A DNA stretch of 64,000 nucleotides from Chiloscyllium plagiosum. Lineage: Eukaryota. The DNA lies in assembly GCF_004010195.1 (NCBI RefSeq), contig NC_057718.1, positions 95,685,158 through 95,749,157 of the forward strand. Reading direction: 5' to 3'. The number at the start of each line of letters is the position of its first letter. Positions within the stretch are counted from its first letter, which is position 1. Shown here in pieces: positions 61,267 through 64,000 of the stretch. The position numbers and the translations under genes are program-made. The notes beneath the pieces were generated by a model, which saw only the letters and a program-made list of their open reading frames with translations, had not been told where the DNA came from and ran no database searches.

Positions 61267-62190
61267 GTTGAAGAGTGTGGTGCTGGAAAAGCACAGCAGG
61301 TCAGGCAGCATCCGAAGAGCAGGAGCATCGATGTTTCAGGCATAAGTCCTTCATCAGGAATGTGGGGTGGGGGAAGGGGGCGAGTTGGAGGGTTGGATCT
61401 GGACTGAGGTGGGGGGAGGGGAGATGAGGAAACTGGTGAAATCGATGTTGATGCTGAGTGGTCAGAGGGTCCCAAGGTAGAAGATGAGGAGTTCTTCCTC
61501 CAGGGGTTGGGTGGCTTGGATTTAATGGTGGAGAAAGGTGGGCGGCACAGTGGCACAGTGGTTAGCACTGCTGCCTCACAGCGCCAGAGATCCGGGTTTA
61601 ATTCCCGCCTCCGGCGACTGACTGTGTGGAGTTTGCACGTTCTCCCCGTGTCTGCGTGGGTTTCCTCCGGGTGCTCCGGTTTCCTCCCACAGTCCAAAGA
61701 TGTGCAGGTCAGGTGAATTGGCCATGCTAAATTGCCCGTAGTGTTAGGTAAGGGGTAAATGTAGGAGTATGGGTGGGTTGCGCTTCGGCGGGTCGGTGTG
61801 GACTTGTTGGGCCGAAGGGCCTGTTTCCACACTGTAAGTAATCTAAAGCCCAGTACTTACTTGCCCTTGGGGGAGTGGGATGGGGAGTTGAAGTGGTTGG
61901 CCACAGAGCGATGGGGTTGTTTGGTGCATGTGTCCCAGGGATGTTCCCTGAAACGTTCTGCGAGTTGGTGTCCTGTCTCCACAATGTAGAGGAGAGCACA
62001 TCAAGTACAATGTACATTAGATGAGGTATTTGGATTGCAGGAAAATCACTGCTGGATGTGGAACGGTCTTTTGGGGCCTTGGATGGAGGTGAGAGGGTGG
62101 GTGTGGGCGCAGGTTTTACACCTCTTTTGGTGGCAAGGCAAAGTGTCGGGAGTGGAGGGTGGGTTGGTGGGGGCATAAACCTAAGGAGGG
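61267..62190 (-). mobile_element. Penelope-like element 3' part (family A; GIY-YIG remnant and hammerhead), left arm
   Basis: Minus strand RCKTCAH..IQGPKRPFHI..LLYIVETGHQLAERFREH; CTGATGA-A-GGAC-ttat-GCCT-GAAAC-ATC at 61330-61357; nested HE1. Confidence 0.88.
61540..61845 (+). mobile_element. HE1-type SINE (young subfamily) nested in the PLE left arm
   Basis: Full length, CpG-rich. Confidence 0.93.
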
Positions 62191-62294
62191 AAGGACCTTC
62201 TACACATCATCTACTGTGCCTGTTGCTCTCGATGTGGTCTCCTCTACACTGGCAAGACAGGTCACCAACTCAGGGATCATTTCAGGGAGCATCT

Positions 62295-62719
62295 GGCACG
62301 GTGGCTCAGTGGTTAGCACTGCAGCCTCACAGTACCAGGGTCCCAAGTTCGATTTCAACCTCGTGCGACTGTCTGGGTGGAGTTTGCACATTCTCCCTGT
62401 GTCTGCGGAAGTTTCCTCTGGGTGCTCTGGTTTCCTCCCACAGTCCAAAGATGCGCAGGTCAGGGGAATTGGTCATGCTAAATTGTCCTTAGTGTTCAAA
62501 GTTTGTGAGAAGATTTGTAGCTCGGGTGCTCATTGTTGTGGTTCTGTTCGCCGAGCTGGGAATTTGTGTTGCAGACGTTTCGTCCCCTGTGTCCTTAGTG
62601 TGTGGTGCATTTGTCAGAGGTAAATGGGTCTGGGTGGGTTACTCTTCGGAGGGTCAGTGTGGACTGGTTGGGTCGAAGGGCTTGTTTCCACATTGTATGG
62701 AATCTAATCTAAATCTAAT
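62295..62719 (+). mobile_element. HE1-type SINE nested in the PLE right arm, itself interrupted
   Basis: Head to (tctaa) tail with a 94-bp insert. Confidence 0.9.
62496..62589 (-). mobile_element. Penelope-derived terminal fragment, family D (3' half of a hammerhead)
   Basis: Minus strand ..GGGGAC-GAAAC-GTC-tgc...; perfect 12-bp TSD tgtccttagtgt (62484-62495 / 62590-62601). Confidence 0.75.
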
Positions 62720-63224
62720 TTCTGGTACACCTGCACCATGTCATGGGTCTTTTCCACTGCCAAATCCAAGCCACTTGATGCCTGGAGGAAGAACGCCTCA
62801 TTTTCTGCCTTGGAATCCTCCAACCATCCAGCATCAACATCAACTTCACCAGGTTCCTCGTCTCCCCTTGCCCCACCTCATCCCAGATCTAACCCTCTAA
62901 CTCAGCACCGCCCTCTAGAACTGTCCTACCTATCCATTCCTTCCCACCTATCCACTCCACTCTCCCATCCGACCTATCACCATCACCCCCCACCTGCATC
63001 TACCTACAGCCTTCCCAAATATGTCACACCCGACCCGCACCCCCATTCTCCTAATTACATCAGCCCCCTTCCCTCAGCCCACATTCCCGATGAAGGGCTT
63101 TTGCCCGAGACGTTGATTCTCCTGCTCCTCGGATCTGCCTGATCTGCTGTGCTTTTCCAGCACACCAACCTCATCTCTGGATTGACAGTCCAGTGATAAT
63201 ACCACGAAGCCATCGCGTCTCCAT

Positions 63225-63385
63225 ACGCTAACCAATCAGCATGTTTTTCTCATATAGTATCAAAATGTTATTTCTCTTTACATTGGTATTCTTGTGAATT
63301 GTCCTGAAGAGGGCAAGATGAAAAGATTCAACAAAATGTGTGTTTTTTTCGTGATACTTGAGTTCTGTCCTACCAAATAATATTC
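63225..63385 (+). mobile_element. Penelope pLTR fragment, family C
   Basis: 'ggtattcttgtgaattgtc-CTGAAGA-gggcaagat-GAAAAG-attc' homologous to 4093-4140. Confidence 0.7.
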
Positions 63386-63454
63386 AGTTCAATAGCTGTT
63401 GAATAATTCTTTGAGGTTACACTTGGGAATATGCTGAGGTTTGCATGAATGTTC

Positions 63455-64000
63455 TTTTATTTATTGATTTGTTGGATGAGGGGTGTTGCTGGCTGTGTCA
63501 GCATTTATTCACCATCCCTGGTTGTCCCTCGAGAAGGTGGAGGTGAGCTGCCTTCTTGAACCACCACAGTCCATATGTTGTAGGTAGACACGCAATGACC
63601 TTAGGGAGAGAATTCTAGAATTTTGACCCAGCGACAGGAAAGGAATGGCGATAGGTTTCCTAGTCAAGATGGTGAATGGCTTGGAGGGGAGCATGAGGGG
63701 GTTCCCATGTATCTGCTGCCCTTGTCCTTCTAGATAGAAGTGATTGGGGGTTTGGAAGGTACTGTCCAAGGAGCCTTGGGGAATTTCTGCGGTCCATCTG
63801 ATAGATGGTACACACTACTGTCACTGTGAGTTGATGGTGAAGGGAGTAGATATTTGTGGATGTGATGTCAATCAAGTAGGCTGCTTTGTCAAGTTTCTTG
63901 ATTGTTGTTGGGACTGCTTTTATCCAGGCAAATGGATGTATTCCATCCCACTCCTGAATTATGCCCTGTCACGCTTTGGGAAGTGAGAAGCTAACTTACT
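63455..64000 (-). mobile_element. CR1-clade LINE (second tail type) 3' part
   Basis: 'cagcatttatt..ccatccct..ttgtccctcgagaaggtggaggtgagctgccttcttgaacc'; runs to the window edge. Confidence 0.8.

Larger units (their letters stand above)
62195..63170 (+). mobile_element. Penelope-like element 3' part (family A), right arm
   Basis: IYCACCSRCGLLYTGKTGHQLRDHFREHL (GIY-YIG core); LEEERLIFCLG.LQP.SINI.F; mutated hammerhead CCGATGA-A-GGGC-tttt-GCCC-GAGAC at about 63087-63113. Confidence 0.88.

Noticed and set aside
61212..61832. Near-identical ORFs MWKQALRPNKSTP... (also 41404-41736) suggesting a gene family
   Set aside because: Antisense translations of young HE1 SINE copies.

Overview
Eukaryotic, repeat-rich non-coding DNA (intronic or intergenic), very probably from a cartilaginous fish, since HE1-type tRNA SINEs and their CR1/HER1-type partner LINEs dominate. 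I could not support any intact host protein-coding exon; the listed ORFs are retroelement remnants or chance ORFs. The window holds about 15 HE1 SINEs, many truncated CR1-clade LINEs (two tail types), Rex1/Babar-type LINEs, an RTE remnant, two Tigger-like MITEs, a decayed Harbinger transposon (transposase plus Myb/SANT gene) and one assembly gap. The most striking signal is a dense set of Penelope-like element (PLE) derivatives from about five sequence families. Each family carries a minimal type-I hammerhead ribozyme motif whose stem III is a short palindrome. Many copies are 95-450 bp asymmetric fold-back or single-arm insertions flanked by clear 10-15 bp target-site duplications (TSDs). Other oddities are an 81-bp tail-less internal CR1 fragment flanked by a perfect 46-bp duplication, a triple-nested insertion, a tandem duplication of a SINE-in-SINE junction and a 124-bp dispersed duplication. 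All family names come from motif recall, not database searches.
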